Origin: Macrostomum hystrix | Taxonomy: Eukaryota; Animalia; Platyhelminthes | Direction: 5' to 3' | Assembly (NCBI GenBank): GCA_950097015.1 | Contig: CATNEN010000039.1 | Coordinates: 18,662,001-18,726,000, forward strand | Length of the DNA: 64,000 bases | In this document: positions 1-12,639 of the stretch, piece after piece | Layout: every line of letters starts with the position of its first letter | How positions within the stretch are numbered: position 1 is the first letter of the stretch | Position numbers and translations under genes: made by a program | The notes under the pieces: model-generated | Databases searched by the model: none | What the model was told of the DNA's origin: nothing | The model's input: only the letters and a program-made list of their open reading frames with translations

Positions 1-595
1 ATCTCATTCTGTATCTACTAATCTCATTCTGTATCTACCAATCTCATTCTGTATCTCACAATCTCATTCTGTATCTACCAATCTCATTCTGTATCTACCA
101 ATCTCATTCTGTATCTCACAATCTCATTCTGTATCTACCAATCTCATTCTGTATCTACCAATCTCATTCTGTATCTCACAATTTCATTCTGTATCTACCA
201 ATCTCATTCTGTATCTCACAATCTCATTCTGTATCTCACAATCTCATTCTGTATCTCACAATCTCATTCTGTATCTCACAATTTCATTCTGTATCTACCA
301 ATCTCATTCTGTATCTCACAATCTCATTCTGTATCTCACAATTTCATTCTGTATCTCACAATCTCATTCTGTATCTACTAATCTCATTTTGTAGCTACTA
401 ATCTCATTCTGCATCTACTAATCTCATTCTGCATCTACTAATCTCATTCTGCATCTACTAATCTCATTCTGTATCTCAAAATCTCATGACGGTAACTCAC
501 AATCTTATTCTGCATCTACTAATCTCATTCTGCATCTACTAATCTCATTCTGTATCTCAAAATCTCATGGCGGTAACTCACAATCTCATTCTGTA
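1..595. repeat. 20-bp minisatellite (atctcattctgtatctacca/ctcaca), runs off window start
   Basis: Visible 20-bp period, ~29 units. Confidence 0.97.
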
Positions 596-727
596 GAGGA
601 TACAAATATAATTTGAAAATACAATATACCAACTATAGTCTTTCTACTTTTAAAGGAAGACAAACAAAACGGTGTCTTAACAAACTAGGAAATAAGTTGG
701 TGAGTAGTTGTCTTCACGGATTATCAC

Positions 728-1177
728 CAAGGACCACTAGAAGAAGAATGACGGAACACTTCGTTTCTTGGAAAATTTATCACAGATTGATTTTAATGGA
801 AATATGCACTAGCGAGATGCACGTTTTTCGCATTAAAATGCTGATAACTTTTTTTGGAAGCAAATCAAAAGCTGTTATTTTAACAAATCTGGCAAAACAG
901 ATTGCTTCACCGAATTTTTGATAGATTCATTTGATCTTAATTTTGTTTTTACTTATAATAGCACTACAGATAGTCAAAACTTATATCTCGTGACTAACTC
1001 TATTTTACACTCACTTCGATCGATTGGTTTCAATTCTTCATAAATTAATCTATCTTAAATTCGGTGAATCAACATGTTGCAAGATAAACTAAATAGAAAT
1101 CTCGCTAGTGAAAATCTGCCTTTAATAAATTTTCCAAGAAACGAAGTTTCCCATCCTTCTTCTTCTAGTGGTCCTTG
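728..1177. mobile_element. hAT-like MITE / foldback element with long inverted arms
   Basis: caaggaccactagaagaagaa...ttcgtttcttggaaaatttat (from 728) is the reverse complement of ~1125-1177. Inner arms also pair (cactagcgagat/atctcgctagtg; ttcaccgaattt/aaattcggtgaa). Flanks attatcac / attatccc match 7 of 8, as for an 8-bp TSD. Confidence 0.75.
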
Positions 1178-1775
1178 ATTATCCCCCGTAGTTTGGTTGG
1201 CTTTCAGTTGTGTTTTACATTTTTGCTACAATAACAAAATGACAAAAAGTGCAATGAAGACAAATGCAATCAAAAAGCTAATCACCAGGGATCAAGGAAC
1301 AAGGGCATAAATAAAAAAAATATTTAACTTCTAGAATGACAAGGAGATGGTCATAAAAACCTGTCTGTAACAGGACTTTGTCGCGCTACCGCACAGTCTG
1401 TTAGTTTTATGATATAGTTTAGAGCCCAAACCTATATAACATGTTTCTTAATTTCGTGAGAAGCTGGAGAACAAAAGACATTTCTACTTGTGCAAGTGGA
1501 CCGGGGGCTGGAATCTTCAATTAAGAATAAGTGACTCATGATGAGTTTAGCAGTCGTGTGTGCGCTTTCTGGTCATAAAATTTGAACCCAGCTGGCATTT
1601 GAACACTTGTAGACAAAGAGTAAAAAAACGCTAGCAAACAATAAAATAACAATTTTTGCTTCCATCCGGAAGGATTTAGAAATAAAAATTAGAAATGAAT
1701 TTAGCAGTACTTTTTTCTACAACTTTTTCAAATTATATTTGTCTGGCCCGGATTCACATCCGCCTAACCCATGTC

Positions 1776-1782
1776 TATATAA
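1776..1782 (+). promoter_or_regulatory. TATA box of secreted-protein paralogue 1
   Basis: TATATAA 80 nt upstream of ATG 1856; similar spacing to paralogue 2. Confidence 0.55.
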
Positions 1783-1855
1783 GATAGCGACGCTGCTAAA
1801 AACTACGGATAAAGTCTTCGAGCACTTGCCACGAACTCAAATTATAAATTTAACA

Positions 1856-2341
1856 ATGATCAGCCTACTAGCCCTGCTAGCGTTATCATCCACCCTGGCA
1901 ACCAACAGCGACCTGCGCCAAACAATCCGCCAGGCCTGTCCACACTTTGCCGAATCCTTCTCGACTGGATACGCCTTAGCCTGGCCGCTGCCAACCGACA
2001 GCGTCCTTAGTTACCAAAACGGATCGTTCAGCAATGACACCCTGCTGCTGTTGAGGGAGAGAAGCCAGTCCGACAGTGACTGCTTCAAGTCGATGCGTGA
2101 CATTTGCGACGCCCGCGTCTGTCAGACGAGTCAACCGACGGCCTGGGGAGGCCGGCGCATCGCCGAGGTCAGATGCGGCTCGGCGTCACTTCGCGCCGCC
2201 GATTTCGAGTGCAGCCCGCGCAGCAGGCGGCACGTCTTCGTGGTTGTTGGCACCTGCCTGGGGGCGGCGGTGATTGCGCCGAGACGGCTGGCCGATGACT
2301 GCAGACTTAAGCGCAAGAGCTCCATGTCACGGCTGGGCTGA
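1856..2341 (+). CDS. Intronless small secreted 8-Cys protein, paralogue 1 (161 aa), unknown family
   Basis: ATG in taacaATG context; signal peptide MISLLALLALSSTLA; GC-rich coding composition; 8 Cys all aligned with 3345..3812; AATAAA at 2449. Confidence 0.8.
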   Translation: MISLLALLALSSTLATNSDLRQTIRQACPHFAESFSTGYALAWPLPTDSVLSYQNGSFSNDTLLLLRERSQSDSDCFKSMRDICDARVCQTSQPTAWGGRRIAEVRCGSASLRAADFECSPRSRRHVFVVVGTCLGAAVIAPRRLADDCRLKRKSSMSRLG

Positions 2342-3260
2342 GCAGTCGCGAACACTTGCCTTTGTTCAATTATAAATAGTCATTTTCGTGCGACCATTAT
2401 GAGCCTTTATTGCGTACAATATGCTTCTGACATGCCGACATTAATATGAATAAATTGAACAGTAAGAAGTCATAAAGCGTATATTATACATGCAATGAGT
2501 GTTGTCTCATATAGTTTCTGATTGCGTTGCGCTTTTCAACAACTGCGCTGGTGGAGTTGGAGACTGAATCTAGAAACAAAAGACACAACTCCCTGACAAA
2601 CGCCATTTTGACAAAGGCCGACTGGCTGGACAGTAAACACAGATAACTTCCGTATCGTGCAACGTACTCGTATTTTCTAAATGTTTCTTTTTCATTAGAA
2701 AGCTGAAAAAATTCTCCAAATTTTAGCTGACGCTGTGCGTCTGCCTGTTGTAGCTAGTGAGTAAGCATTGATTATCATTTAGCAGCGCCCAATCTTAAAA
2801 AGTAGGGATGCACAAAACTTTTTCATCAATCGCTAGATTATAGTGCAAAGTAGGAAATTGAATTGTAGGAAACCGCAATACCTATCGAATGAACTAATAA
2901 AACTTTTCAAAAAGTCTCGACGTAAAAACTTCGACTCAACCCCAATGGGTCTTTTTGTCTGTCACACGGGTAAACAATTGCCTTATAAATATAAAGCCAC
3001 GAGTTGAAATAGAAAACACACCTGCTTCGAGCAGGCGGTAAGTTGCTATTTTTAGAATTGCTGCATTGCACAAGTGCTCCAAAAAACGCTGGCTTAATTA
3101 AATAGACTAAACTAGTAAATAATGCGCGCATTGTTCTCTTCAGTGTCAGACTCACGCGTGTTAATGTGTAGCCTAAAGAAAGATCACTACGTGTCATAAA
3201 GTACGCGGACAACGGCTACTAATGATCACATGTGCAGGGTCTGCAAAGCCCACCAGCTTT

Positions 3261-3267
3261 TATAAAA
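3261..3267 (+). promoter_or_regulatory. TATA box of secreted-protein paralogue 2
   Basis: TATAAAA 84 nt upstream of ATG 3345. Confidence 0.55.
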
Positions 3268-3344
3268 AAGCAACTTTTACACTAATCTGAATGCAAGTTT
3301 CGACAACAAGAAACTCGAATATCAGCTAGACAGGCTGAAGCACA

Positions 3345-3812
3345 ATGTCGCCAAGCGTTGCAGTGATTCTGCTGACCCACCTGACCGTCGAGCTGATGAT
3401 GAATCAGCTGCCGGCAGTCGAAGCCGATCTGCGACAAAGAATCGTACAGGAGTGCCCGCAATTCGCCGATGTGCTCAGAACTGGCGGAGCTCTGGACTTC
3501 ACAGCCACAGTGTCGGGTAGACACTATTCGGCGTGGAACCAGACAGGCTGGAGGAAGCAAGTGAAGCAACATGCCTGCGTCAGGATTGCGAAGGACGCGT
3601 GCAACAGTCGCATCTGCATCAGCGGCCACCCGTCAGTTAAAACTGGCCAGTTCACTGAGGTGCGGTGCGATCGGCCCATCATGTGGGCTAATTTCGAATG
3701 CAATCCTCGACCAAGGCGATTCGTATTCACTCACGTTGGCACCTGCCTGGGTGTCGGAGTACTGGCCCCAAGACGCATTGCCTCAGACTGTCGACTGTAC
3801 TTTAAGTACTAG
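3345..3812 (+). CDS. Intronless small secreted 8-Cys protein, paralogue 2 (155 aa), unknown family
   Basis: Hydrophobic N-terminus. Shares DLRQxIxQxCPxFA, CxxRxC, EVRC, AxFECxPRxRRxVF and VGTCLGxxVxAPRRxAxDCRL with paralogue 1. Confidence 0.8.
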   Translation: MSPSVAVILLTHLTVELMMNQLPAVEADLRQRIVQECPQFADVLRTGGALDFTATVSGRHYSAWNQTGWRKQVKQHACVRIAKDACNSRICISGHPSVKTGQFTEVRCDRPIMWANFECNPRPRRFVFTHVGTCLGVGVLAPRRIASDCRLYFKY

Positions 3813-4029
3813 CTACTTATGTCCTCGTTAATTACTGGCGAATTCAAAATAGACCATAATTTCATTCACACGAACGTCACATTGCTTGCCATGTTTCATT
3901 CATCGCTATTCATCGATAATATTAATTGCGAGATTTGAAAAAAATAATACCATAGCAGGTGCCCATTGAGCATTCAAAACTATCGCTCACAATGGCGTTG
4001 TTTCTCCTTAATTCAAAATCGAGAAATCG

Positions 4030-4645
4030 CAGCATCATAGCAAGATCCGCAGATGGAATCGCAGCACGATTCAAATGTGGAATCGTAGCAAGATCCAAAG
4101 CTGGAATCGAAGCAAGATTCAAAGCTGGAATCGAAGCAAGATTCAAACGTGGAATCGTAGCAAGATCCAAAGCTGGAATCGAAGCAAGATCAAAAGCTGG
4201 AATCGTAGCAAGATCCAAAGCTGGAATCGAAGCAAGATTCAAAGCTGGAATCGAAGCAAGATCCAAAGCTGGAATCGAAGCAAGATCCAAAGCTGGAATC
4301 GTAGCAAGATCCAAAGCTGGAATCGTAGCAAGATCCAAAGCTGGAATCGTAGCAAGATCCAAAGCTGGAATCGTAGCAAGATCGAAAGCTGGAATCGTAG
4401 AAAGATTCAAACAAGGAATCGCAGCAAGATCCAAAGCTGGAATCATAGCAAGATTCAAACGTGGAATCGCAGCAAGATCCAAAGCTGGAATCGTAGCAAG
4501 ATTCAAACGTGGAATCGTAGCAAATCCTATGCTGGAATCGAAGCAAGATTCTAACGTGAAATAGTAGCAAGATCTACGAGTATGGAATCGTAGCAAGGTC
4601 CAAAGCTGGAATCGTAGCAAGAATCAAAGATAGAATCGAAGCAAA
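4030..4645. repeat. 24-bp minisatellite (ggaatcgtagcaagatccaaagct)
   Basis: 24-bp period; explains the overlapping ORFs at 3922-4620. Confidence 0.95.
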
Positions 4646-5054
4646 TAATTATTTTTACCCATTAAACTTACATGATGACAAAAGGCAGAAGGCAAATGGA
4701 TGATCAAAAGTTTATTTTAGTAGGATTTGAATTCAAGTTAAAATATTATTTTTTATTCACACTGAAGTCAAGCAAGAATGACAATAATTTATGACTCACA
4801 CAAATAGTTGCAACCGAAGTGTCCAATCCAACGAATAATTTAAATTCAGAATTTACTCATTCGCAAATGGCACATCATATAGATGACTATATTGATACCC
4901 AAATCCAAAGAGGCGTGCTACTAGTAGTAGCTAAAAGGCAAAAGGCGAATTTAACGAGAAATAAATCATGGAAAATCCAACTGACACTTGATGTAACTTG
5001 TAAGAATCTGCGAGATTCTAGAAATAATCTTAGGATTTATTTTTTAATAGATCC

Positions 5055-5802
5055 TAAGACTAATATTGAGGATCTGGGAGATCCTCGGACTAATCTTGGG
5101 AATTTTGGAGATCTTCGGATTAATCTTGGGAATTTTGGAGATCTATGGACTAATCTTGAGAATCTGGGAGATCTTCTATAGACTAATCTTGAGAATCTGG
5201 GAGATCTATAGACTAATCTTGAGAATCTGAAAGATCTATAGACTAATCTTGAGAATCTGAAAGATCTATAGACTAATCTTGAGAATCTGAAAGACCTATA
5301 AACTAATCTTGAGAATCTGGGAGATCTTCTATAGACTAATTTTGAGAATCTGAAAGATCTATAGACTAATCTTGAGAATCTGGGAGATCTATAGACTAAT
5401 CTTGAGAATCTGAAAGATCTATAGACTAATCTTGAGAATCTGAAAGACCTATAAACTAACCTTGAGAATCTAGGAGATTTATAGACTAATCTTGAGAATC
5501 TGAAAGACCTATAAACTAACCTTAAGAATCTAGGAGATTTATAGACTAATCTTGAGAATCTAGGAGATCTATAGACTAATTTTGAGAATCTGAAAGATCT
5601 ATAGACTAATCTTGAGAATCTGAAAGATCTATAGACTAATCTTGAGAATCTGAAAGACCTATAAACTAACCTTGAGAATCTAGGAGATTTATAGACTAAT
5701 CTTGAGAATCTAGGAGATCTATAGACTAATCTTGAGAATCTAGGAGATCTATAGACTAATCTTGAGAATCTGAAAGACCTACAAACTAATCTTGAGAATC
5801 TT
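5055..5802. repeat. 30-bp minisatellite (gagaatctgaaagatctatagactaatctt)
   Basis: 30-bp period, occasionally 33; lies ~90 nt beyond the NEMF stop. Confidence 0.95.
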
Positions 5803-5892
5803 GATTCTATGATATTATGACATCTTATCGATCAACGCAAGTCTTTCAAGTACCAGTTGGAAGATTAATGACAATTTCATTTTGCTCTTCAA

Positions 5893-6312
5893 TCACTTCT
5901 TCTGTTTTGTGACTCCAGCCAATGCCAGCTTGACCTTGCCGGGCATATTGCAGCACAGATCGTTATCTTTGACAGCGCGCATCAGGTCCCGCTCATTCCT
6001 GCTGCACGCCTTATCCGCAGTGAATACGGCCAGGGCAGTCTTGACCGCTCGGCCGCGCTTAGCTGTGCCTGGCGTCAGCTTGGCCTTGTACTTGTAGGCG
6101 GCCAGGGTGCTGATGGGAGCGCACACCGGGATGGCGAACAGCAGGATGTCATCTGGCAACGGCTGGCCAGTCAGCGACTCCAGCAGCTCCCGGTCCTGGG
6201 CACCGGCGCCTCCGCCACCGGCGCCGCCAGCATCGTCGTCTTCGTCTTCGTCGAATAAATCATCAGCCGGCGCTGCTGCTGCTGATGCTGCTGGCTGCGG
6301 TTTCGGTTCTGT

Positions 6313-6351
<39 letters not shown>

Positions 6352-9300
6352 AAACGGCTTAGCCTGATTTGGCTGCTTCTGCGGCTGTTTCGACTTCTGC
6401 TGCTGCTGCTGTTTTTTGCCTTGGCTCTGAAGCAGGGTCATCGCCAAGCGCCGATCTTCGTCATCTTGATCTTTGTACTTTTCCTGCATCTTCTTTAGCT
6501 TGGAACGTTGCCCACGTTTTATCTGCTGCTGCTGCTGCTCGGGTGGCTGATTCTGTTGCTGCTTTTTATTTGCCCGAACGGAACTGTTTGGCCTTAAAAT
6601 AGTTTCACTATTATTAGATGCTTGACAAGTGTCAGCAGAATCTTCGTCCTTCAAGATCTTGGGCTGCTCAGCGGCTTCCACTGAGACATCAGACTCACTC
6701 GCTTCCTCAGGCTCAGCCTTCACAGCCGCTGTTTCTTGTTCGCCAGCGTCTCTATTATCTTCGACATCGTCCAACACCAAGTCGTCTTCAACGACACTTC
6801 CAACAGCATCGCCGACCACCGAGCCGACCTCGCTGCCATCCTGCGCCGATTTAAACAGCCGACCCTGCTGCTGCAGCTTCCTGGCGGCTCGACGCTCGTG
6901 CGCAGCCATTTTTCGTCGGCCGCTGGCGCCGCCGCTGGCCGACGAGGTGCACGAAGCGACGCTGTCAACCCGACGACGAAGCGACTCGCTGTCGGCAGTG
7001 GGAAACAGATCGTCGCCAATGTTGACGGCGGCGGCTGTTGACGATGAGGAAGCTACGGAAGTCTGGCGCGCGACCTCGAAGCGACCGTCGGGCCCGTAGT
7101 CGTAGCGAATCTCCACGCTTGGCATCGACGTCATGGCGCCGGCTGCATTCTCGGCATTGCCAGCAGCATCTTCGTCGGCGTCGTCGCCAAATTCCAGCAC
7201 TTCAGGCAGTGTTGGCAGAGCGGCGCCGCTTGACTCGCCATTACCGATCCCATCTTCATCGTCAGCGTCGGCCGTATAGGACGCCACGACAGCCCGCTCG
7301 CCGCGATGATTCGGCACAGATTCCTCGTCGATACGGAAGAGAAATCCGAAGCCGAAGGTGAGTTGAACGCTGGGCAGGTAGTTCTTTTTGCCTCGAATCA
7401 TAAAACTGCCGGTAGTGAGGTATTCGCCAGTTGGGGCCATCTTGGATACCTGATGATGATTAACCCACCAGGCGTTGCTCACAACTTTGGCTGACCAGGC
7501 GCTGGAGTACACCACGGCCATCTGACCGGCTTCGTTCAGCGTCTTCGGAGGCACCGGACTGCCAGACGGATTTTTTATAACAACGCTGCTGGCACCATGC
7601 AGATCAGCGTGAACATACAGATCGCCAGCCTTCAGGTGTCGCTTGACAATAAATTCATTTTGCTGCTGATCTCGACCGCCGATAACTAGATAGTTCTCGC
7701 TGCTAATGAACCAATAGAACTTCTCGAACCAGAACGGCTTGCGAACCTTGGCTATGCTGCACACCTGGGAATGAATAGATTTGCTTCCGAGGAAAAGTTT
7801 GTCCCTTGTAGTTTGTTTCACTTCCTTGTCGATTTTGTTCTTTCTACCCCCTGATTCTGTTCCTTCTTACCCTGATTATGTTCCTTCTTACCCCTGATTC
7901 TGTTCCTTCTCCCCCCTGATTCTGTTCCTTCTCCCCCCCTGATTCTGTTCCTTTTCTCCACTGATTCTGTTCCTTCTCCCCCCTGATTCTGTTCCTTCTC
8001 CCCCCTGATTCTGTTCCTTCTCCCCCCTGATTCTGTTCCTTCTCCCCCCTGATTCTGTTCCTTCTCCCCCCTGATTCTGTTCCTTTTCCCCACTGATTCT
8101 GTTCCTTCTCCCCCCTGATTCTGTTCCTTCTCCCCCCTGATTCTGTTCCTTCTCCCCCCCTGATTCTGTTCCTTTTCCCCACTGATTCTGTTCCTTCTCC
8201 CCACTGATTCTGTTCCTTCTCCCCACTGATTCTGTTCCTTCTCCCCACTGATTCTGTTCCTTTTCCCCACTGATTCTGTTCCTTCTCCCCACTGATTCTG
8301 TTCCTTTTCACCACTGATTCTGTTCCTTCTCCCCACTGATTCTGTTCCTTCTCCCCACTGATTCTGTTCCTTCTACTCCTGATTCTGTTCCTTCTCCCCC
8401 TGATTCTGTTCCTTATTACCCCTGATTCTGTTCCTTCTTACCCCTGATTATGTTCCTTCTACTCCTGATTCTGTTCCTTCTCCCCCTGATTCTGTTCCTT
8501 ATTACCCCTGATTCTGTTCCTTCTTACCCCTGATTATGTTCCTTCTACTCCTGATTCTGTTCCTTCTACTCCTGATTCTGTTCCTTCTTACCCCTGATTC
8601 TGTTCCTTCTACTCCTGATTCTGTTCCTTCTACTCCTGATTCTGTTCCTTCTCCCCTCTGATTCTGTTCCTTCTTACCCCTGATTCTGTTCCTTCTCCCC
8701 ACTGATTCTGTTCCTTCTCCCCCTGATTCTGTTCCTTCTCCCCCTGATTCTGTTCCTTCTACTCCTGATTCTGTTCCTTCTCCCCCTGATTCTGTTCCTT
8801 CTCCCCACTGATTCTGTTCCTTCTCCCCACTGATTCTGTTCCTTCTCCCCCTGATTCTGTTCCTTCTACTCTTGATTCTGTTCCTTCTCCCCACTGATTC
8901 TGTTCCTTCTCCCCACTGATTCTGTTCCTTCTACTCCTGATTATGTTCCTTCTCCCCCTGATTCTGTTCCTTATTACCCCTGATTCTGTTCCTTCTTACC
9001 CCTGATTCTGTTCCTTCTTACCCCTGATTCTGTTCCTTCTTACCCCTGATTCTGTTCCTTCTACTCCTGATTCTGTTCCTTCTCCCCTCTGATTCTGTTC
9101 CTTCTTACCCCTGATTCTGTTCCTTCTTACCCCTGATTCTGTTCCTTCTTACCCCTGATTCTGTTCCTTCTACTCCTGATTCTGTTCCTTCTACTCCTGA
9201 TTCTGTTCCTTCTCCCCTCTGATTCTGTTCCTTCTTACCCCTGATTCTGTTCCTTCTTACACCTGATTCTGTTCCTTCTCCCCTCTGATTCTGTTCCTTT

Positions 9301-12300
9301 TTACCCCTGATTCTGTTCCTTCTTACCCCTGATTCTGTTCCTTCTTACCCCTGATTCATAAATCCTGACATAATGTATTCTCACGTCTCACTATAGACAT
9401 TTTCAGCCAGCTCGATGCAGATTCATTCTCAAATCCTGACTCACCTTCTGTGCTTCCTTCAGCATCTCGTGCGTCTTTCGATCGGCTGCCTTCAAAGCCT
9501 TCTCCGAGGCCTGTTTAGTCTTCTCTTCCTTGGCTGCGAACTGCTTCTTCTGATCGAATAGTCGCTTCACATTGCCGTAGGCGCTGGTTGCTAGGTCGAT
9601 TTCCACACTGTGAACCCGCTCTTCCGGGTCGAAAGGATTCGATAAGCGCAGAACGATGGCGTTTCGATCCAGTCGAAGTTCCTGCGAGGGATAGAATGTG
9701 GGGTGTAAGTATTAATAAGTTAGGACGATTCCGAGAAGATTCGGACGAATTCAACAAATTTTAAAGATTCCAAAAAGGTTTGTTGAATTCCTAAAAGGTT
9801 CAGGCGATTCTAAAAGGTTCGGACGATTCCTACAAGTTTTGGAGATCCCTAGAAGGTTCGGACGATTCCTATTAGGTTTGGACGATTCCTACTAGGTTTG
9901 GACGATTCCTATTAGGTTTGGACGATTCCTATTAGGTTTGGACGATTCCTATTAGGTTTGGACGATTCCTATTAGGTTTGGACGATTCCTACTAGGTTTG
10001 GACGATTCCTACTAGGTTCGGACGATTCCTACAAGGTTCGGACGATTTCTACAAGGTTTGGACGATTCCTACTAGGTTTGGACGATTCCTATTAGGTTTG
10101 GACGATTCCTATTAGGTTTGGACGATTCCTATTAGGTTTGGACGATTCCTACTAGGTTTGGACGATTCCTACTAGGTTCGGACGATTCCTACAAGGTTCG
10201 GACGATTTCTACAAGGTTTGACGATCCATAGAAGGTTCGGACGATCCCCATTAGGTTCGGACGATTCCTACTAGGTTCGGACGATTCCTACAAGGTTTGG
10301 AGATTCGTAGAAGGTTTGAGATTCCTACAAGGTTCGGACGATTCTTACAATGAAGCAGAAATCACACCTGAATCATGGCGGCCACCGGATCGCCCTGCGC
10401 GCGAGCCCCGGCAACAAGTTCAGCCACGGCTTCCCAGTCAAGCTGATTGGCCAATGCGCTGTTAATAACTAGCAGAGCCTTCTCAACAGCAGCTAAATTC
10501 ATCTGCACCAGTTCGCCCTTCTCCTTGTCAGTGATCTGGGCTTCGGCTAGTTCAGCTAGACGCTTCTCGTGATCCTGCTTGATGTTCTCCAGCTTCTTCA
10601 GGGCAGCCTTCTCCTGCTGCAGAGCTTTCTGGTCCAAGCGTTGGCTCTCCATTTTCAGGAAGAATTCGTCAACGGCCTGGATTGGGAGAAGGGATAATTA
10701 TGGATTTTTTGGGGATTTAGTGATTTATCGATTACAATCTGAAGTGGGGTCATTGTTTGAGTAAGTCTAATCTGAAGTGTCGCGGGTTTAAGCCATGTGG
10801 TTAGAGCATCAGGCTTACGACTTAAAGGTCGGAGGTTCAATTCCAAACTTAAATAAAACTATAGATGTACTTTTAGTATGATCGTAAATCTGAATTGCTT
10901 CAGCTTAGTTCAAAGGGATTATTGTCTGAAGTGGGATTATTAATTTTATAATTTTTATCTTAAGTTGAATTGCAAGTGTAATATCTGAAAAAATGGATTA
11001 ACTTCTATGAATTATTAATATTATTATGGGATTATTATTTTGGGGATAATTATCTGAAGTAGGACTAGTGTTTCACTGATTATTCTTCAAACAGGCACAG
11101 AACCAACCTTATTGAAACTAGTAAACTGAATACGATCCTTGCCCTCGGTTTGAAGCAATTCAATCGGATGAAATTCTAAGAAATCCAGGCCATTGTAAGG
11201 ATCCACAGAAGTGGTATTGGATACGCCAGCCGGTGTCGAAGTTGACACTGCGGCGGCAGACAGCATTTCCCTAGGCTTGGTAGTGACGCACGCTTTTACA
11301 GTATCGGCGGGTCGATCTCTCAAACTGGCAATGATGTCTTCTCCCAGTTCAAAAGCTGCCAAAGCTGACTGGGCGGCGGCGTCAACAGTTGGACAAGCTT
11401 CTAAAGATTTCAAAGACTGATTCGCAGCCACGCGAAGACAGTGATCTAACAATGGGCCGCCGTATGGAAATAGGCTGGTTAGACTGCGAGCTAGCTGACC
11501 CTTCTGACCAATCACAGATTCGATGACTGGCCGAATAGCATCTAGACTCCAGTTGCTAGGCTGCCTCGCTTTATCTAGCTGATATTTCTCGCTAGTAACA
11601 ATTTTAGTCTGATCTGTAGCATCTGTCCTAGGCCGAAGCAGGTGTACAATGGTGTACTGATGATCAGTTAGCAGGGCATTGCCCTTATCGTACAATTCAA
11701 CTATGAGGTGAAATGTATATTCTCCAGTGCCGAATTGCAATCTAACGATTCGATCAATGCCAATTAGTTCAATCTGTTCCAGGCGTTTGTTTTTAATATG
11801 CTTGCGCAATTTCATAGAGAAGCCGCTCGGTGTGATGTTCTTTGGCCAATCAAAATCTGTCAGGTGTAGCCGAATGCCAGATTCGAACAGTAGAGTCACC
11901 TAGGGACCGGTGTGATGAGCGGCTGGCTATATTTAAAAGTACATAGACAGACCAAATGGGGTATGTAAAATATCCACTGCCTACTTCACGACAGCTCCCA
12001 AACCAAATGACAGATCTTCGTGACGATCTATTTATAACGATAAACTATGGGGGTCGGTGGCAGGGCGGTTATCGCGTTTGCCTCTCGCACCAGGGTCCGT
12101 AGGCTCGATTCCACGGCGAGGCCACATTCATTTGGGGCGCAGCCGCGGAGAGAAGGCTTGGGGGCTTGTCGTGCAATTTACGCCCCTTGAGGGCCAACCT
12201 CCAAGGCACAGTGAAATTTTACACTGCCTGACGATGAGAAAGTCAGGGCAGATGTGCACACCTGTGTGAGTGTGTGCTCAGGAGTCAGCGGAATGAGACG

Positions 12301-12466
12301 GCATTGCCTCCTAGCTTGTAAATACCTTGTGATCCGGCTTGCTCAATCGGATGAGGTAAGTCTTGTTGTTGATGTCGTAAACATTTGACACACGCAGGCC
12401 GACGCAGCTCTGCGAAATCTCCGCCACAGCGGCCACAACGTCTAGCGTGGTAAAGCGAGCTTTCAT
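5893..12466 (-). CDS. NEMF: Nuclear export mediator factor / ribosome quality control subunit Rqc2 (5 exons, ~1116 aa)
   Basis: Exons 12466-12326, 11899-11108, 10676-10368, 9681-9445, 7764-5893; all introns GT-AG, phase 0. Motifs: [94 protein letters not shown]-terminal AIPVCAP...[10 protein letters not shown]. Confidence 0.96.
7845..9357. repeat. 21-23-bp pyrimidine-rich minisatellite (ctgattctgttccttctcccca) in NEMF intron 4
   Basis: Visible period; fills ~90% of the intron. Confidence 0.97.
9765..10350. repeat. 20-bp minisatellite (gacgattcctattaggtttg) in NEMF intron 3
   Basis: 20-bp period with degenerate edges. Confidence 0.95.
10780..10908 (+). mobile_element. SINE family B, degenerate 5' fragment
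   Basis: tRNA-like head tagccatgtggttagagcatcaggcttacgact...ggttcaattcc followed by attgcttcag; similar to the 40905-41180 copy. Confidence 0.55.
12049..12315 (+). mobile_element. tRNA-derived SINE family A (NEMF intron 1)
   Basis: A-box gtggcagggcggtt, B-box ggctcgattcc; body gagaaggcttgggggcttgtc...gatgagaaagtcagggcagatgt shared with 15735 and 50930, its 3' part also with 49565. Confidence 0.85.
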
Positions 12467-12639
12467 AGTTGACTACGTGTTAGTAGCAATGGTAGAAAAT
12501 GTGCGCCTCAGGCAGTTAAAATATATAAAAAGCGACTCCAGCGAGTCACTTAATGGTGAACAAGTGCATCAAAGCTGCAAATCGAAACGGGCGAAGTACC
12601 GATTGATACAGATTGAGTCCTGCATTGAGTCCTAGGAAT

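Noticed and set aside
1739-1855. N-terminal extension of ORF 1739..2341 from a TTG start
   Set aside because: Eukaryotic gene; the region contains the TATA box and the signal peptide starts at ATG 1856
3560-3700. TGQFTEV resemblance to the CAP/SCP GHFTQ motif
   Set aside because: The His and the other CAP motifs are absent, and the segment is not conserved in paralogue 1
3922-4620. Long overlapping ORFs here and at 7818-8894, 14045-14853, 27058-27526, 31542-32615, 34866-36093, 39254-40367, 41813-43351, 45676-47145, 53896-54585, 55264-55828 and 63697-63996
   Set aside because: Translations of stop-free tandem repeats, often open in several frames and strands, many inside introns of other genes
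6107-7494. Plus-strand ORFs opposite NEMF exon 5 (likewise 37179-37710, 47454-48804 and 33064-33396 opposite other genes)
   Set aside because: Antisense shadows of GC-rich coding exons
12049-12125. tRNA-like sequences here and at ~10785, 18490, 41110-41180 and 53000-53072
   Set aside because: Imperfect stems and attached to repeated SINE bodies or tails; they are SINE heads, not tRNA genes
12218-12260. Hammerhead-like CTGACGA...GAAA..GTC in SINE family A
   Set aside because: No room for stems II and III; better explained as a simple CTGAC/GTCAG hairpin, and the core is altered in other copies
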